From the NCBI GenBank assembly GCA_030841105.1, contig JAVEDE010000012.1, forward strand, positions 7,079-71,078: DNA of 64,000 nucleotides, given 5' to 3'. Of the stretch, positions 9,152 through 19,041 are shown piece by piece; position 1 is the first letter of the stretch, and the number at the start of each line of letters is the position of its first letter. The position numbers were made by a program, and so were the translations under genes. The DNA is from Pyrinomonadaceae bacterium. GTDB lineage: Bacteria; Acidobacteriota; Blastocatellia; Pyrinomonadales; Pyrinomonadaceae. Under the pieces are notes generated by a model. The model was not told the origin of the DNA and did not search any database. It saw only the letters and a program-made list of their open reading frames with translations.

Positions 9152-9293
9152 CAAGAGAAGAAAGTCAATCGTGAATCGTCAATCGTGAAGAGAGAAGACC
9201 TGCTTTCTACTATTCACGATTGACGATTTACGATTCACTGCTCTATCTCGTCACTTGTCACTCGTCACTTGTCACTCGTCACTCGTCACTTGT
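9131..9293. repeat. Nested heptad-repeat double hairpin (outer TGACRAG/CTYGTCA arms, inner GTSAATC arms)
   Basis: Outer left arm 9131-9155, inner left 9164-9190, inner right 9212-9238, outer right 9247-9293. All arms have period 7 and are mutually complementary. Confidence 0.9.
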
Positions 9294-9297
9294 TCGC

Positions 9298-10077
9298 ATG
9301 AACTACTTTAATTACTTTACCGAGATCGAAGACGCCTTCAGTCGTCGCAGGGGCAAGCACCTGTTCGTGAGTCCGCTGGACTGGTCTTTGATGGAGACGT
9401 GGAAGGACAGGGGCATTCCTTTGCACATCGTCTTGCGGGGCATCGAGCAGTCGTTCGATTCCTACGAGTCGAAGCCGAGACGGCGTAGTGTGAAGTCGCT
9501 CTTTTACTGTCAGGAAGAGGTCGAGGCGCAGTATGCAGAGTGGCTGGAATCGCGTCTGGGCGCGACCGACGTTGTTACTAACACGACTGACGCGGACTCG
9601 ACGGGAGAGATTGCGGCGAAAGATAAACGCGCCGCTACGGCGGCGACGGGCAACGGCGCGCTGCCGTTCCCGCGCGAAGTGATCGCGGGGCATCTGGCGG
9701 AGGCGCGCGCGCGTTTGGAGCGCGCCCGCGTCGAGCAGGAGTCGCGCGGTGGCGGCGCGGGCGAGTTGTGCGAAGCGCTCACACGCGCCGCCGCGCGGCT
9801 GTCCGAGTTGGAAAAAGATTTCGCGGCGGCTGCGCGCCCGGACGCCGAACAACTCGAAGGCTCGCTCGGCGATCTGGAAAACCTTCTGGATCGCGCCGTG
9901 CGCGCAGACCTGTCGCCCGCTCGACTCGAAGCGCGACGCGCCGAAGCCGCCGCACAACTCGAACCCTATCGCAAGCGCATGGAGCGCGCCGCCTACGAGC
10001 AGACGCTCGACAGCCTGCTCGCCAAACTCCTGCGCGAAGAGTGCGGCCTGCCCCGGCTCAGTTTGTTCTACCTTTGA
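9298..10077 (+). CDS. Conserved hypothetical protein
   Basis: High GC3 ORF. The ATG at 9298 (MNYFNYFTEIEDAF...) follows the heptad array. The C-terminal half is Ala/Arg/Glu-rich and helical. I recognise no family. Confidence 0.6.
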   Translation: MNYFNYFTEIEDAFSRRRGKHLFVSPLDWSLMETWKDRGIPLHIVLRGIEQSFDSYESKPRRRSVKSLFYCQEEVEAQYAEWLESRLGATDVVTNTTDADSTGEIAAKDKRAATAATGNGALPFPREVIAGHLAEARARLERARVEQESRGGGAGELCEALTRAAARLSELEKDFAAAARPDAEQLEGSLGDLENLLDRAVRADLSPARLEARRAEAAAQLEPYRKRMERAAYEQTLDSLLAKLLREECGLPRLSLFYL

Positions 10078-10169
10078 GCGGGGATAAATCTCTGGGCGCA
10101 ACAATGAATCTCTGAGCGCAGCGATAAACTTCTGCGCCGCACAATTAACTCCGAACGAACTCCTGGCAC

Positions 10170-11582
10170 GTGATGAAGAAACAACACCGCAGGCCGCGCC
10201 GCGAGTCGCCGCCCACAACAACAGCCGAAGGGAAGTTGAGCGCGGGCGCTCCGGTCGAAGTCGAGATCGAGCGCATCGTGCCGGGCGGCGCGGGGCTTGG
10301 GCACGCCGACGGCTACACGCTCTTCGTTCAACTTGCCGCGCCCGGCGACCGCGTGCGTGCGCGCGTCGAACGCGTGCGCGGTAAAGTTGCTTTCGCGTCG
10401 GTTGTTGAAGTCATCACGCCGTCGCCCGCGCGCGTCGAACCACCCTGCCCCTACTTCGGACGCTGCGGCGGCTGCGACTTCCAGCAGTTGACCTACGAGG
10501 CGCAACTCGCGGCCAAGGTCGAGATCATACGCGACTGCCTGCGCCGCATCGCGCGCGTCGAACCGCCCGCCGACATCCCAATCACGCCCTCGCCCGCCGT
10601 CTGGCGCTACCGCTCACGCGCGCGCTGGCAGCACGACCCCGTGCGGCAGTTCCTCGGCTACTACGAACTCGCCTCGCACCGCGTCTGCGACGTGACGGAA
10701 TGCCCCGTCGTCCTCCCCGAAGTGCAGGACAAACTCTCGCACCTGCGCGCGACGCTCGCCGCGGGCGGCGACTTTGACGAGACGGAAGAGTTTCAGGCCG
10801 TGGCGGGCGACGACGGCGTCTCGCTCCTCCCGCCGCTTGAGACAGACGACGCGCGCGAACGCTTCCGCGACCTCGCGGGCGAGCGTTATCACTTCGACGC
10901 CGACTGCTTCTTCCAGATCAACCATGCCCTCCTCGAACCGCTCCTCGCCGAAGCCCTCAAGGGCACGGCGGCCGAACCGGACACAACAAGCGAACCAGAC
11001 ACAACGGGCGAGTCGAACACAAAGGGTGAGTCAGACATGACGGGCGAGTCGGGCGAGTCAGTCATGACGGGCGAGTTGGGTGAGACTGGCGCGACGGGCG
11101 GCGAGTCGAACGCGACGGGCGAGACGGCCGTTGACCTCTACTGCGGCGTCGGCCTCTTCACCCTTCCGCTCGCGCGCCGCTTCGCACGCGTCGCCGCCGT
11201 CGAAGGCAACGCGGCGGCCACCGGGTTCGCCCGACGCAACCTCGCCGCCGCCGGACTCACTAACGCCTCCGTCCACACCGCGCGCGTCGGCGAATGGCTC
11301 GCCGCCCACGCGCCAAGTCTCCCGCCCGTTGACTTCCTCCTCCTCGACCCGCCCCGCGCGGGCGCAGAACCCGAAGCCCTCGCGGGCATACTCCTCCTCC
11401 GCCCGCGCCGCATCGCCTACGTCTCCTGCGACCCCGCCACCCTCGCGCGCGACCTCCGCACCCTCTTCGACGCGGGCTACACCCTCGATTCCATCCACGC
11501 CTTCGACATGTTCCCCCAGACACACCACGTCGAAACGGTCGTCCATCTCACGGCGTCGGCTATTACAAACAGAAGTCAGTGA
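10170..11582 (+). CDS. 23S rRNA (uracil-5-)-methyltransferase RlmD/RumA family, with a low-complexity insertion
   Basis: TRAM-like N-terminus and Fe-S cysteines CPYFGRCGGCDFQQL. SAM motifs DLYCGVGLF and LDPPRAG. Catalytic YVSCDPATLARD. Confidence 0.85.
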   Translation: MMKKQHRRPRRESPPTTTAEGKLSAGAPVEVEIERIVPGGAGLGHADGYTLFVQLAAPGDRVRARVERVRGKVAFASVVEVITPSPARVEPPCPYFGRCGGCDFQQLTYEAQLAAKVEIIRDCLRRIARVEPPADIPITPSPAVWRYRSRARWQHDPVRQFLGYYELASHRVCDVTECPVVLPEVQDKLSHLRATLAAGGDFDETEEFQAVAGDDGVSLLPPLETDDARERFRDLAGERYHFDADCFFQINHALLEPLLAEALKGTAAEPDTTSEPDTTGESNTKGESDMTGESGESVMTGELGETGATGGESNATGETAVDLYCGVGLFTLPLARRFARVAAVEGNAAATGFARRNLAAAGLTNASVHTARVGEWLAAHAPSLPPVDFLLLDPPRAGAEPEALAGILLLRPRRIAYVSCDPATLARDLRTLFDAGYTLDSIHAFDMFPQTHHVETVVHLTASAITNRSQ

Positions 11583-11590
11583 AAATATAT

Positions 11591-11640
11591 AGAAGTGAGC
11601 AGCCGTCTACTTCATTGGAAGTAACCGGCTGCTCACTTCT
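11591..11640. terminator. Bidirectional hairpin between convergent genes
   Basis: agaagtgagcagccg ... cggctgctcacttct is a perfect 15-bp stem with a 20-nt loop. Confidence 0.6.
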
Positions 11641-11741
11641 TCGTGCGGGATGGCGGTTAAGTCTGTGCGTGCTCGCAGTCTTGCCGATTGTCGTGGCGAA
11701 CAGGAGACAGCGAGCGGCGGCGTCATTTGGTGTCGCTCAGA

Positions 11742-12749
11742 TCAGACCTTGTTGAGCACGTCAGCAAATTTCTTCGTTACCAGATCAAACCCCGTCGCGT
11801 TGGGGTGCAATTCGTTCGCCCAATGCTTCTTGTACGTGCTGTCGTGATTCAACGTGCCGCGTAGATCGAGGTAGTGTACGTGTGCGAACTCCGGGAGCGC
11901 GCTCACGGCTCTAAGCATCGCATTGAAGCGGTCAATGAGTTGCACGATCACCTGTGTGTTCTTCGTCAGATCGTCGTGTCCTTTTTTCTGGAAAGCGGGC
12001 TTCAACCAAGGCCCCGGCAATTTCCACCAGCCTCCCGCGAAACCCCGGCCATCGGGAACCGGATAGTCGTAGCCGTGTGTGATGATGGGAATCGCACGGC
12101 CGAGGTAGGATCTGGCGATGACTGTGAGACTGCTGAGGATGCTTGCATACGCTTGCTTCAAGCGCACGTCTATGACGCCGCGAAGGATGTCCTCGTTTAA
12201 GGGCGGCAGCTTTGATGTCGCATGGTTGAGGAGGATGGCGAACTCATCTCCGGCAATGTCGTTGCCACCGCCCGACAACAGAATGGCGCGCGGCACTTTG
12301 GCCTCGCGGAGCAATTTCTCCAGACGGCGCGCGAACTCCTCGAATTGCCCTCTGGAATGCGCCATGTCTTCAACACAGTCTCCCATGTGTGCCACGGACT
12401 CGACATCGTAGAGATACTTATCTTCGAGCAGCCGCAGCACGTCCTGCATGGGATAGTCGAACCACGAGTCGCCTTCGGCGATCAGCACCCCGACAGATGT
12501 CCTCGCGCCAAACAAGGCTCGCGTCGTCTCCGGGATGAAAGCCGCCGTGTTGAGTCCGCGTGCGTCCGCGTCGAGTCCGCGGGGGCTTGCGGCCAGTTCC
12601 TTTTCAATCGCCGCACGCTGGCGACGCTGTTTCGCGCGGAACTCGATCACCTCTTCCGCAGCGCTTTGCCCACCGGCTATCGCGGCGCGAAGGTTGACGT
12701 CTGTTCGCGCCGGATCACGTTTCGTTGCAGTCTTCTTCTTTGTTGCCAA
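11742..12749 (-). CDS. SGNH/GDSL hydrolase family protein
   Basis: Block I EGDSWFDYP and block III LSGGGNDI. 335 aa. Confidence 0.75.
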   Translation of the reverse strand: MATKKKTATKRDPARTDVNLRAAIAGGQSAAEEVIEFRAKQRRQRAAIEKELAASPRGLDADARGLNTAAFIPETTRALFGARTSVGVLIAEGDSWFDYPMQDVLRLLEDKYLYDVESVAHMGDCVEDMAHSRGQFEEFARRLEKLLREAKVPRAILLSGGGNDIAGDEFAILLNHATSKLPPLNEDILRGVIDVRLKQAYASILSSLTVIARSYLGRAIPIITHGYDYPVPDGRGFAGGWWKLPGPWLKPAFQKKGHDDLTKNTQVIVQLIDRFNAMLRAVSALPEFAHVHYLDLRGTLNHDSTYKKHWANELHPNATGFDLVTKKFADVLNKV

Positions 12750-13114
12750 GTTTCCTCCTTATCTCAACGCTCTACAGGAAATGTCTTCAGCCATGCTTCG
12801 AGTGCGCCAAGGTTCGCGCCTAACTTCGGGCAATAATATAGGTGACTCACCTCCGTGTAAATTTGATAAAAGCTGCTTGAGATGATTCGAGAGACAGGGG
12901 TTGTCAAAAGGTGACGCCGCAAGTGGTAATCGTGCCGGTTCGTCGCCGTGTGAATCAACAATATTTATTGCCCTCATGATCTGAAATGAGTCCCGGTGAC
13001 TAAAAACGTGTGCGACGGAGAGAGGTTCTTGAGGTAAACTGGCACACCGTCGCCTCGCCGGAAATCGCCTCGTAGTGGACGCTGGTAGGGAATACTCGGC
13101 TCAGAGAATTCAGG

Positions 13115-15061
13115 ATGGCGAAAGAGATAAGATCGGCCGCGCTGCGTTACGGGTTGGCGTTGGGGGCATTCGCGCTGCTCCTGATGTTGTCCTTCGGACT
13201 CCAGAAGGTGTTCAAGTTGAGGCTCGACGTGACGCCTCTGGTCATCGCCTTGATGATCGCCAGCGCGTGGTATCTGGGGCGAGGGCCGGGGCTTCTCGTC
13301 GCCTTCGCGTTCGAGATCACGTTGGACTACTTCGCGGGCGTGCCGCTGACGGGCAGAGCCGCGTTCGTGGTCTTCAACCGGCTCGTCCTCTTCGTGAGTC
13401 TGGTGCTGTTCGCGAGTTCGCGGCGCGGCGCTGAGAAGCGTCTGCGCGAACAGCGCGAGTGGTTGCAGGTCTCGCTGTCGAGCATCGGCGACGCCGTGAT
13501 CGCGACCGACATCAAAGGCTCGATCAACTTCATCAACCCAACGGCCGAAGCTCTCACGGGCTGGACGACGCGCAGCGGCGCGGGGCGGCCGCTCGGCGAA
13601 GTATTCAACATCGTCAACGAGGAGACGCGCGAGCCGGTGGAAAGCCCGTTCGAGGCCATCGTGCGCGAAGGCGTCGTCGTCGGGCTTGCCAATCACACCA
13701 CGCTCGTCGCCAGAGACGGCCGGGAAATTCCGATTGAAGATAGCGGCGCACCGATCAAGGATCAGAGCGGGCGCATCATCGGCGTGATCATCGTCTTCCA
13801 CGACGTGAGCGAGCGCAGGCGCGCGGCGCGCGAGCGCGAGCAGTTGCTCGAAAGTGAACGCGCGGCGCGCGGCGCGGCCGAAACCTCCGCCCGTCTCAAG
13901 GACGAATTCCTCTCCACCGTCTCGCACGAACTGCGCACGCCCCTCACCTCGATCCTCGGCTGGGCGGCGCTCTTCAATTCCGGCATCCTCGACGAAGAGA
14001 GCGTCCGCAAGGCGATGCAGGTCATCGAGCATAACGCGCGCGCGCAGACGCGGATCGTTGACGACATCCTCGACGTGTCGCACATCATCGCCGGTAAATT
14101 GAAAGTGAACCGCGCGCCGCTCGCGCTCGCCCCCGTCGTGCAGTCCGCGGTGGACACCTTGCAGCCCGCAGCGGCCGCCAAAGAGATCACACTGGCGGTC
14201 GCGCTCGAACACACGGCGGGCGTGATCCTCGGCGACGCGGAACGCTTGCAGCAGATCATCTGGAATCTGGTCGCGAACGCGATCAAGTTCACGCCCGCGG
14301 GGGGGCTGATCGAAGTGAGCATGGCGCGCGTCGAGTCGAGCCTTGAGGTGCGCGTGCGTGATGACGGCATCGGCATTGACGCGCAGTTCGTCCCTTACGT
14401 CTTCGAGCGGTTCAGGCAGGCCGACTCGTCAACGACGCGTTCCTACGGCGGGTTGGGCTTGGGTCTCGCCATCGTGCGCCATCTGGTCGAACTGCACGGC
14501 GGCACGGTTGCGGCCGAAAGCGACGGCGCGGGCACGGGCGCAACGTTCATCGTGCGGCTGCCGCTGGCAACTGCAAACGAGGGGACGGCCGCTGCGGCGC
14601 AACTTCCGGGCGACTCCGCGGCCGCGCTGTCTCTGCCGCGAGCGGCGTTTGACGTGAGGGGCGACTCGGAGTTGGTGGGCTTGCGCGTGCTTGTGGTTGA
14701 CGACGAGCCGGACACGCTTGAGATTTTATGCGCGGTCTTGAATCAATACGGGGCGCACGTGCGCGCCGCCGGTTCGAGCACGGACGCGTTGAGAGCGTTG
14801 TCGGGGTGGAAGCCGAACGTGCTGGTTTCCGATCTCGGCATGCCGGGCGAAGACGGCTTCGCGCTCATCGGCAAGGTGCGCGCGCTCGCGCCGGAGCACG
14901 GGGGCGACATCCCCGCCGCCGCGCTGACGGCTTACGTCAGAGACGAAGACCGTCGCCGCGCGCTCGCCGCGGGCTACCAGACGCACATCCCCAAACCCGT
15001 CGATCCGTCGCACCTCGTGTCGGCCGTGGCGGGACTGATGAAGTTGACGAAGCGAGTTTAA
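13115..15061 (+). CDS. Hybrid sensor histidine kinase/response regulator with PAS domain
   Basis: N-terminal TM segments and a PAS domain ([20 protein letters not shown]). H-box SHELRTPL and G-box [11 protein letters not shown]-terminal receiver domain (VLVVDDEPD ... DLGMPGEDG). Confidence 0.9.
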   Translation: MAKEIRSAALRYGLALGAFALLLMLSFGLQKVFKLRLDVTPLVIALMIASAWYLGRGPGLLVAFAFEITLDYFAGVPLTGRAAFVVFNRLVLFVSLVLFASSRRGAEKRLREQREWLQVSLSSIGDAVIATDIKGSINFINPTAEALTGWTTRSGAGRPLGEVFNIVNEETREPVESPFEAIVREGVVVGLANHTTLVARDGREIPIEDSGAPIKDQSGRIIGVIIVFHDVSERRRAAREREQLLESERAARGAAETSARLKDEFLSTVSHELRTPLTSILGWAALFNSGILDEESVRKAMQVIEHNARAQTRIVDDILDVSHIIAGKLKVNRAPLALAPVVQSAVDTLQPAAAAKEITLAVALEHTAGVILGDAERLQQIIWNLVANAIKFTPAGGLIEVSMARVESSLEVRVRDDGIGIDAQFVPYVFERFRQADSSTTRSYGGLGLGLAIVRHLVELHGGTVAAESDGAGTGATFIVRLPLATANEGTAAAAQLPGDSAAALSLPRAAFDVRGDSELVGLRVLVVDDEPDTLEILCAVLNQYGAHVRAAGSSTDALRALSGWKPNVLVSDLGMPGEDGFALIGKVRALAPEHGGDIPAAALTAYVRDEDRRRALAAGYQTHIPKPVDPSHLVSAVAGLMKLTKRV

Positions 15062-15110
15062 GTTGACGAAGCGAGTTTAACCGGCGGCACAGACCAAAGG
15101 CTGAAACAAC

Positions 15111-17912
15111 TTGCCACACACGGCGACGGCTTCTCACAGGCCGTCTTTCAATCCTCACCCGCTCGCACTGTTGGCGGCCTCGTTCGCCGCCGGGATACTG
15201 CTCGCGCGCTTTATTGCGCCGCCGCTTTTCAACTCCATACTTGCAAGCGCACTCATAACACTGCTCGCGCTCGTCGCCTTCAAACTCAAACGACCCGCGC
15301 TCGCGACGACGTGCACGCTGCTCGCGTTCGCAGCGGTCGGCGCGACCTTCGCCGAAGTTGAGCGGCGCGGCGTCGGCGCGGAGCGCGTGCGGCGTCTGTA
15401 CGAAGATGGGCGCGTCGCTTCGGGCGACCCGGTGGAGATCACCGGGGTCGTCGCACGCGCGCCGGAGTTCGCGCCGGACGGTTTTTATCTCGCGCTCGGC
15501 GTAGAGCGTCTCAGCGCGCGCGGGGCGGAGCGCGCAGCGTCGGGCGCGGTTGAGTTGTTCGCGCCCGTGCGCGACGCGCGAACGAGAGAGAGGTACGCGG
15601 AATTGGAGTTGCGACGCGGCGCGCGCGTGCGCGTGCTGGTCGCGCTCGAACGCGCGGAGGAGTTTCGCAATCCGGGCGGCACGTCGCTCACGGAATTTTT
15701 GGAACGGCGCGGGGTGGACGCGCGGGGCACGCTCAAAAGCCCGCTGCTCTTGGAGCGACTCGACGACGAACGCGTGCCGCTCTTGCTCGTGTGGCTCGAA
15801 GCGTGGCGCGAGCATCTGCGCGGGCGCATGTCGGAACTTTTTTCGGCGGAGACGGCGGGCGTCTTGCAGGCCGCGCTGCTGGGCAACCGGCACGGCCTGA
15901 CGCGCGCGAGCGCCGAGCGTTTTCGCGAAGGCGGCACGTTTCACGTCCTCGTGATCAGCGGTTTGCACATCAGTTTCGTCGGCGGACTCGTGCTGCTGTT
16001 GATGCGGCGCGTGACGGGGCGACGCGCCTTGCAGTTCGCAGTGCCGTGCGTCGTGCTGTGGCTCTACACGCTGGCGGTCGGCGCGGAGTCGTCGGTGGTG
16101 CGCGCGGCTTTGATGTTCACGGTGGTCGCGCTCGCGCCCGTCGTCGGCCGGCGCGGGGCGACGCTGAACGCGCTCGGCGGCGCGGCGCTCGCGCTGCTCG
16201 CCTACCGACCGGCGGAGCTTTTCGATCCGTCGTTCCAACTCACGTTCCTGTCGGTGCTCGGCATCGTCGCGCTCGGCTGGCCGCTCCTCGAACGACTGCG
16301 CGCGGTCGGCAGTTGGCATCCGACACGCGCCACGCCGCGCCCGCCCGCGTGCCCGCGCTGGTTTCGCGCGCTCGGCGAGACTTTGTTCTGGAGCGAGCGC
16401 GCATGGCGACATGACGCGGCGCGAAACGTCTACAACTATCGCCTCTTCAAGACGGGCGCGGCCGCGCAGTTGGAGCGTTGGCGCGTGCAGTGGTTGGCGC
16501 GTTACGCCTGCGGCGCGATGGTCGTCTCGGCGAGCGTGCAGGTGTTGTTGCTGCCGTTGTTCGTCGTCTACTTTCATCGCGTGTCGGCGGCGTCGGTGTT
16601 GCTGAACGTCTTCGTCGGCGTGTTGATGGCCGCCGTCTCGCTCGGCTCGCTGGCGGCATTGATGATCGCGTCTGTCAGTGCGAGTGCGGCGCGGCCGCTC
16701 GTGTGGCTGGTGGAGCAGATGAACTGGCTGATGACGCACGGCGTTGACCCGTTCGCACGCGCGGGCGTGGCGTCGCTCAGGCTGCCGGAATACACGGGGC
16801 GCGCCGCCGCGATCTACGTTTTGTACTACGTGCCGCTCGCCCTCTTGCTCGTCAGCCTCGCGCGCTGGCAACCTGTGCCACCGCCGACGGGCGTGTCACC
16901 ACCAAAAGAAGTGACAGGACGCACGCGGCGACCGGAAGAAGTGTCGGGACGCGCACGGCGACGCCTCGCGCGGCGGTTCGCGTGGGTGACTGCGACGTTC
17001 TGCCTGTCGCTCGTCGTGCTGCACCCGCTCAGCGCGGGGCGACCCGACGGGCGTCTGCGTCTCGACCTGCTCGACGTGGGGCAGGGCGACGCCGCGCTCC
17101 TGACGTTCCCGAACGGCGCGACGCTGTTGGTTGACGCGGGCGGCCGCGCTGATTTCGGCGCACGCGGGGGAGAAGTTGAGGGCGACGCTGCTACGACGAC
17201 GGCGGCGGCGCGGTTCGAGCGCGACGCGCGCGGCATCGGCGAAGCGGTCGTGTCTGAATACCTCTGGTGGCGCGGGCGGGCGCAGGTTGATTACATACTC
17301 GCCACCCACGCGCACGCCGATCACATGAGCGGCTTGAACGACATCGCGCATAACTTCAAAGTGCGCGCCGCTCTCTTCGGTCGCGCCGACGCGGGCGGGG
17401 CGGAGTACGCGCGCCTCGCCGGGACGCTCCGCGGCGAGCGCATCCCCTTCGAACTCGTCGGACGCGGCGACCGACTCAAGTTCGGCGCGGCCACGGTGGA
17501 TGTGCTCTGGCCGCCGCGCGCGGGCGAAGAGACCGGGGTGTTGTCGGAGAATAACGACTCGCTCGTGCTGCGCGTGCGCTACGGCTCGCGCGCGTTCCTC
17601 TTGACGGGCGACGTCGAACGCGACGCAGAGGCCGCGCTCGTCGCCGCGGGCGACGAACTGCGCAGCGACGTGGTGAAGATCGCGCACCACGGCAGCCGCA
17701 CCTCTTCCACGGAATCCTTCGTCAAGGCCGTGCGCCCCTCAGTCGCCGTCGTCTCGGTCGGCCTCGCCTCGCCCTTCGGCCACCCGGACAACAACGTCTT
17801 GGAACGCTGGCGCGCGTCCGGCGCACAAGTCCTACAGACCGGCCGCAGCGGCACGATCACCATCAGCACCGACGGCTCAGACTTGAAGGTCGAAACTTTT
17901 GTGCGTGAATGA
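15111..17912 (+). CDS. comEC: DNA internalization-related competence protein ComEC/Rec2
   Basis: 933 aa, polytopic. Competence domain (FHVLVISGLHISF). C-terminal metallo-beta-lactamase domain (DVGQGDAALL, HAHADHMSG, IAHHGS). TTG start. Confidence 0.9.
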   Translation: MPHTATASHRPSFNPHPLALLAASFAAGILLARFIAPPLFNSILASALITLLALVAFKLKRPALATTCTLLAFAAVGATFAEVERRGVGAERVRRLYEDGRVASGDPVEITGVVARAPEFAPDGFYLALGVERLSARGAERAASGAVELFAPVRDARTRERYAELELRRGARVRVLVALERAEEFRNPGGTSLTEFLERRGVDARGTLKSPLLLERLDDERVPLLLVWLEAWREHLRGRMSELFSAETAGVLQAALLGNRHGLTRASAERFREGGTFHVLVISGLHISFVGGLVLLLMRRVTGRRALQFAVPCVVLWLYTLAVGAESSVVRAALMFTVVALAPVVGRRGATLNALGGAALALLAYRPAELFDPSFQLTFLSVLGIVALGWPLLERLRAVGSWHPTRATPRPPACPRWFRALGETLFWSERAWRHDAARNVYNYRLFKTGAAAQLERWRVQWLARYACGAMVVSASVQVLLLPLFVVYFHRVSAASVLLNVFVGVLMAAVSLGSLAALMIASVSASAARPLVWLVEQMNWLMTHGVDPFARAGVASLRLPEYTGRAAAIYVLYYVPLALLLVSLARWQPVPPPTGVSPPKEVTGRTRRPEEVSGRARRRLARRFAWVTATFCLSLVVLHPLSAGRPDGRLRLDLLDVGQGDAALLTFPNGATLLVDAGGRADFGARGGEVEGDAATTTAAARFERDARGIGEAVVSEYLWWRGRAQVDYILATHAHADHMSGLNDIAHNFKVRAALFGRADAGGAEYARLAGTLRGERIPFELVGRGDRLKFGAATVDVLWPPRAGEETGVLSENNDSLVLRVRYGSRAFLLTGDVERDAEAALVAAGDELRSDVVKIAHHGSRTSSTESFVKAVRPSVAVVSVGLASPFGHPDNNVLERWRASGAQVLQTGRSGTITISTDGSDLKVETFVRE

Positions 17913-17913
17913 G

Positions 17914-18034
17914 CAAAGGGGAAAGGGGAAAGGTAAAAGGGGAAAGGTAAAAGGTAAAAGGCGAGAATATAGAACCGCGTGGCTGACACGCGCTCGTCAC
18001 CTTTCCCCCTTACCCTTTACCCCTTCCCCTTTCG
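17914..18034. repeat. AAAGGNN heptad hairpin downstream of comEC
   Basis: Left arm is aaagggg aaagggg aaaggta aaagggg aaaggta aaaggta aaaggcg (17915-17963). The complementary right arm is cctttcc cccttac cctttac cccttcc cctttcg (18000-18034). Confidence 0.9.
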
Positions 18035-18161
18035 TTCGGGTGACAGGGAAACTTTGTGCGTGTAAATTGTTTGAGCCATCCGGCGGCGGGTGTGCGGCGC
18101 GTTGGTTGCGGCCGGGCGCGGCGGAAGAATTACGAATCAATCAATGCAGGGAGTTGTAAGC

Positions 18162-18536
18162 ATGGCAGAATCCGGGACGGCGAACGCGTCGCCGCTTTAT
18201 GACGAACGCCCGTGGGGGTCGTTTACGGTGCTCGACGAGGGCGAGGACTTCAAGGTCAAGCGCATCGAAGTCTTGGCCGGGAAGCGGCTGAGCTACCAGA
18301 AGCACGCGCAGCGCGCCGAGCACTGGATGGTGGTGGCGGGCGCGGGGCTGGTGACTTTAAACGACGAAGAGATCACGCTGCGGACGGGCGACACCATAGA
18401 CATTCCCGTCGAGGCGAAGCACCGCATCGAAAATCCCGGCTCGGAGAAATTGATCTTCATCGAAATCCAACGCGGCTCATATCTCGGCGAGGACGACATC
18501 GTGCGCTTCAGCGACGACTTCGGCCGGACGGGATGA
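18162..18536 (+). CDS. Cupin domain protein (mannose-6-phosphate isomerase type II C-terminal-like)
   Basis: ERPWGSFTVL..KVKRIEVLAGKRLSYQKHAQRAEHWMVVAG..H is a cupin motif. Other possible starts are 18144 and 18090. Confidence 0.75.
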   Translation: MAESGTANASPLYDERPWGSFTVLDEGEDFKVKRIEVLAGKRLSYQKHAQRAEHWMVVAGAGLVTLNDEEITLRTGDTIDIPVEAKHRIENPGSEKLIFIEIQRGSYLGEDDIVRFSDDFGRTG

Positions 18537-18548
18537 GATAAGTTTCAA

Positions 18549-18992
18549 TCAGTTGACGGTAACGAAGGCGCGCAGAGCCTCGAAGCGTCGCTCGCTGATG
18601 CCGCGCACGATGATGAGGTGTTCGACGCGTCGAAACGCCCCGTGGCGTTCGCGATGTGCGATGATGCGCGCGGCCAGCCCTTCGCCGATGCCGGGCAGCC
18701 GTTCCAACTCTTCGCGCGTGGCGGTGTTGATGTTGACGGGCGGCGGCGTCGTGGTTTGTGTGGAGGGCGCGAGTCCACTTGTTGTGAGACCGCTTACAAC
18801 TCCGGCGCGACGGGGCAACTTAACACACGAAGCGGCACACGCGAGGATGAGCGCGTAGCAGAAAAATACGAGCGGGAAAAAGCGCGTGCGCCGCACTAAA
18901 GGGCGTTGATTGCGCGGTTCAAAGCGTTGAGCGTCCACGTCTTTAACGGCCTTTGAAACAGGAATGCGAAACTTTGCCGCGAAGATGTGCAA
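18549..18992 (-). CDS. comEA: ComEA family helix-hairpin-helix DNA-binding protein
   Basis: C-terminal VNINTATREELERLPGIGEGLAARIIAHRERHGAF and an N-terminal TM segment. The start is uncertain; a GTG at 18896 would give ~115 aa. Confidence 0.8.
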   Translation of the reverse strand: MHIFAAKFRIPVSKAVKDVDAQRFEPRNQRPLVRRTRFFPLVFFCYALILACAASCVKLPRRAGVVSGLTTSGLAPSTQTTTPPPVNINTATREELERLPGIGEGLAARIIAHRERHGAFRRVEHLIIVRGISERRFEALRAFVTVN

Positions 18993-19041
18993 AATGCTAG
19001 AAGTCTAAAGTTGTCAAGAACTTGTAACGCCGAAAAGCGTT

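Noticed and set aside
9131-9293. Short regularly spaced repeats that could be mistaken for a CRISPR array.
   Set aside because: The period is 7 nt with no spacers, the arms are mutually complementary, and there are no cas genes in the window.
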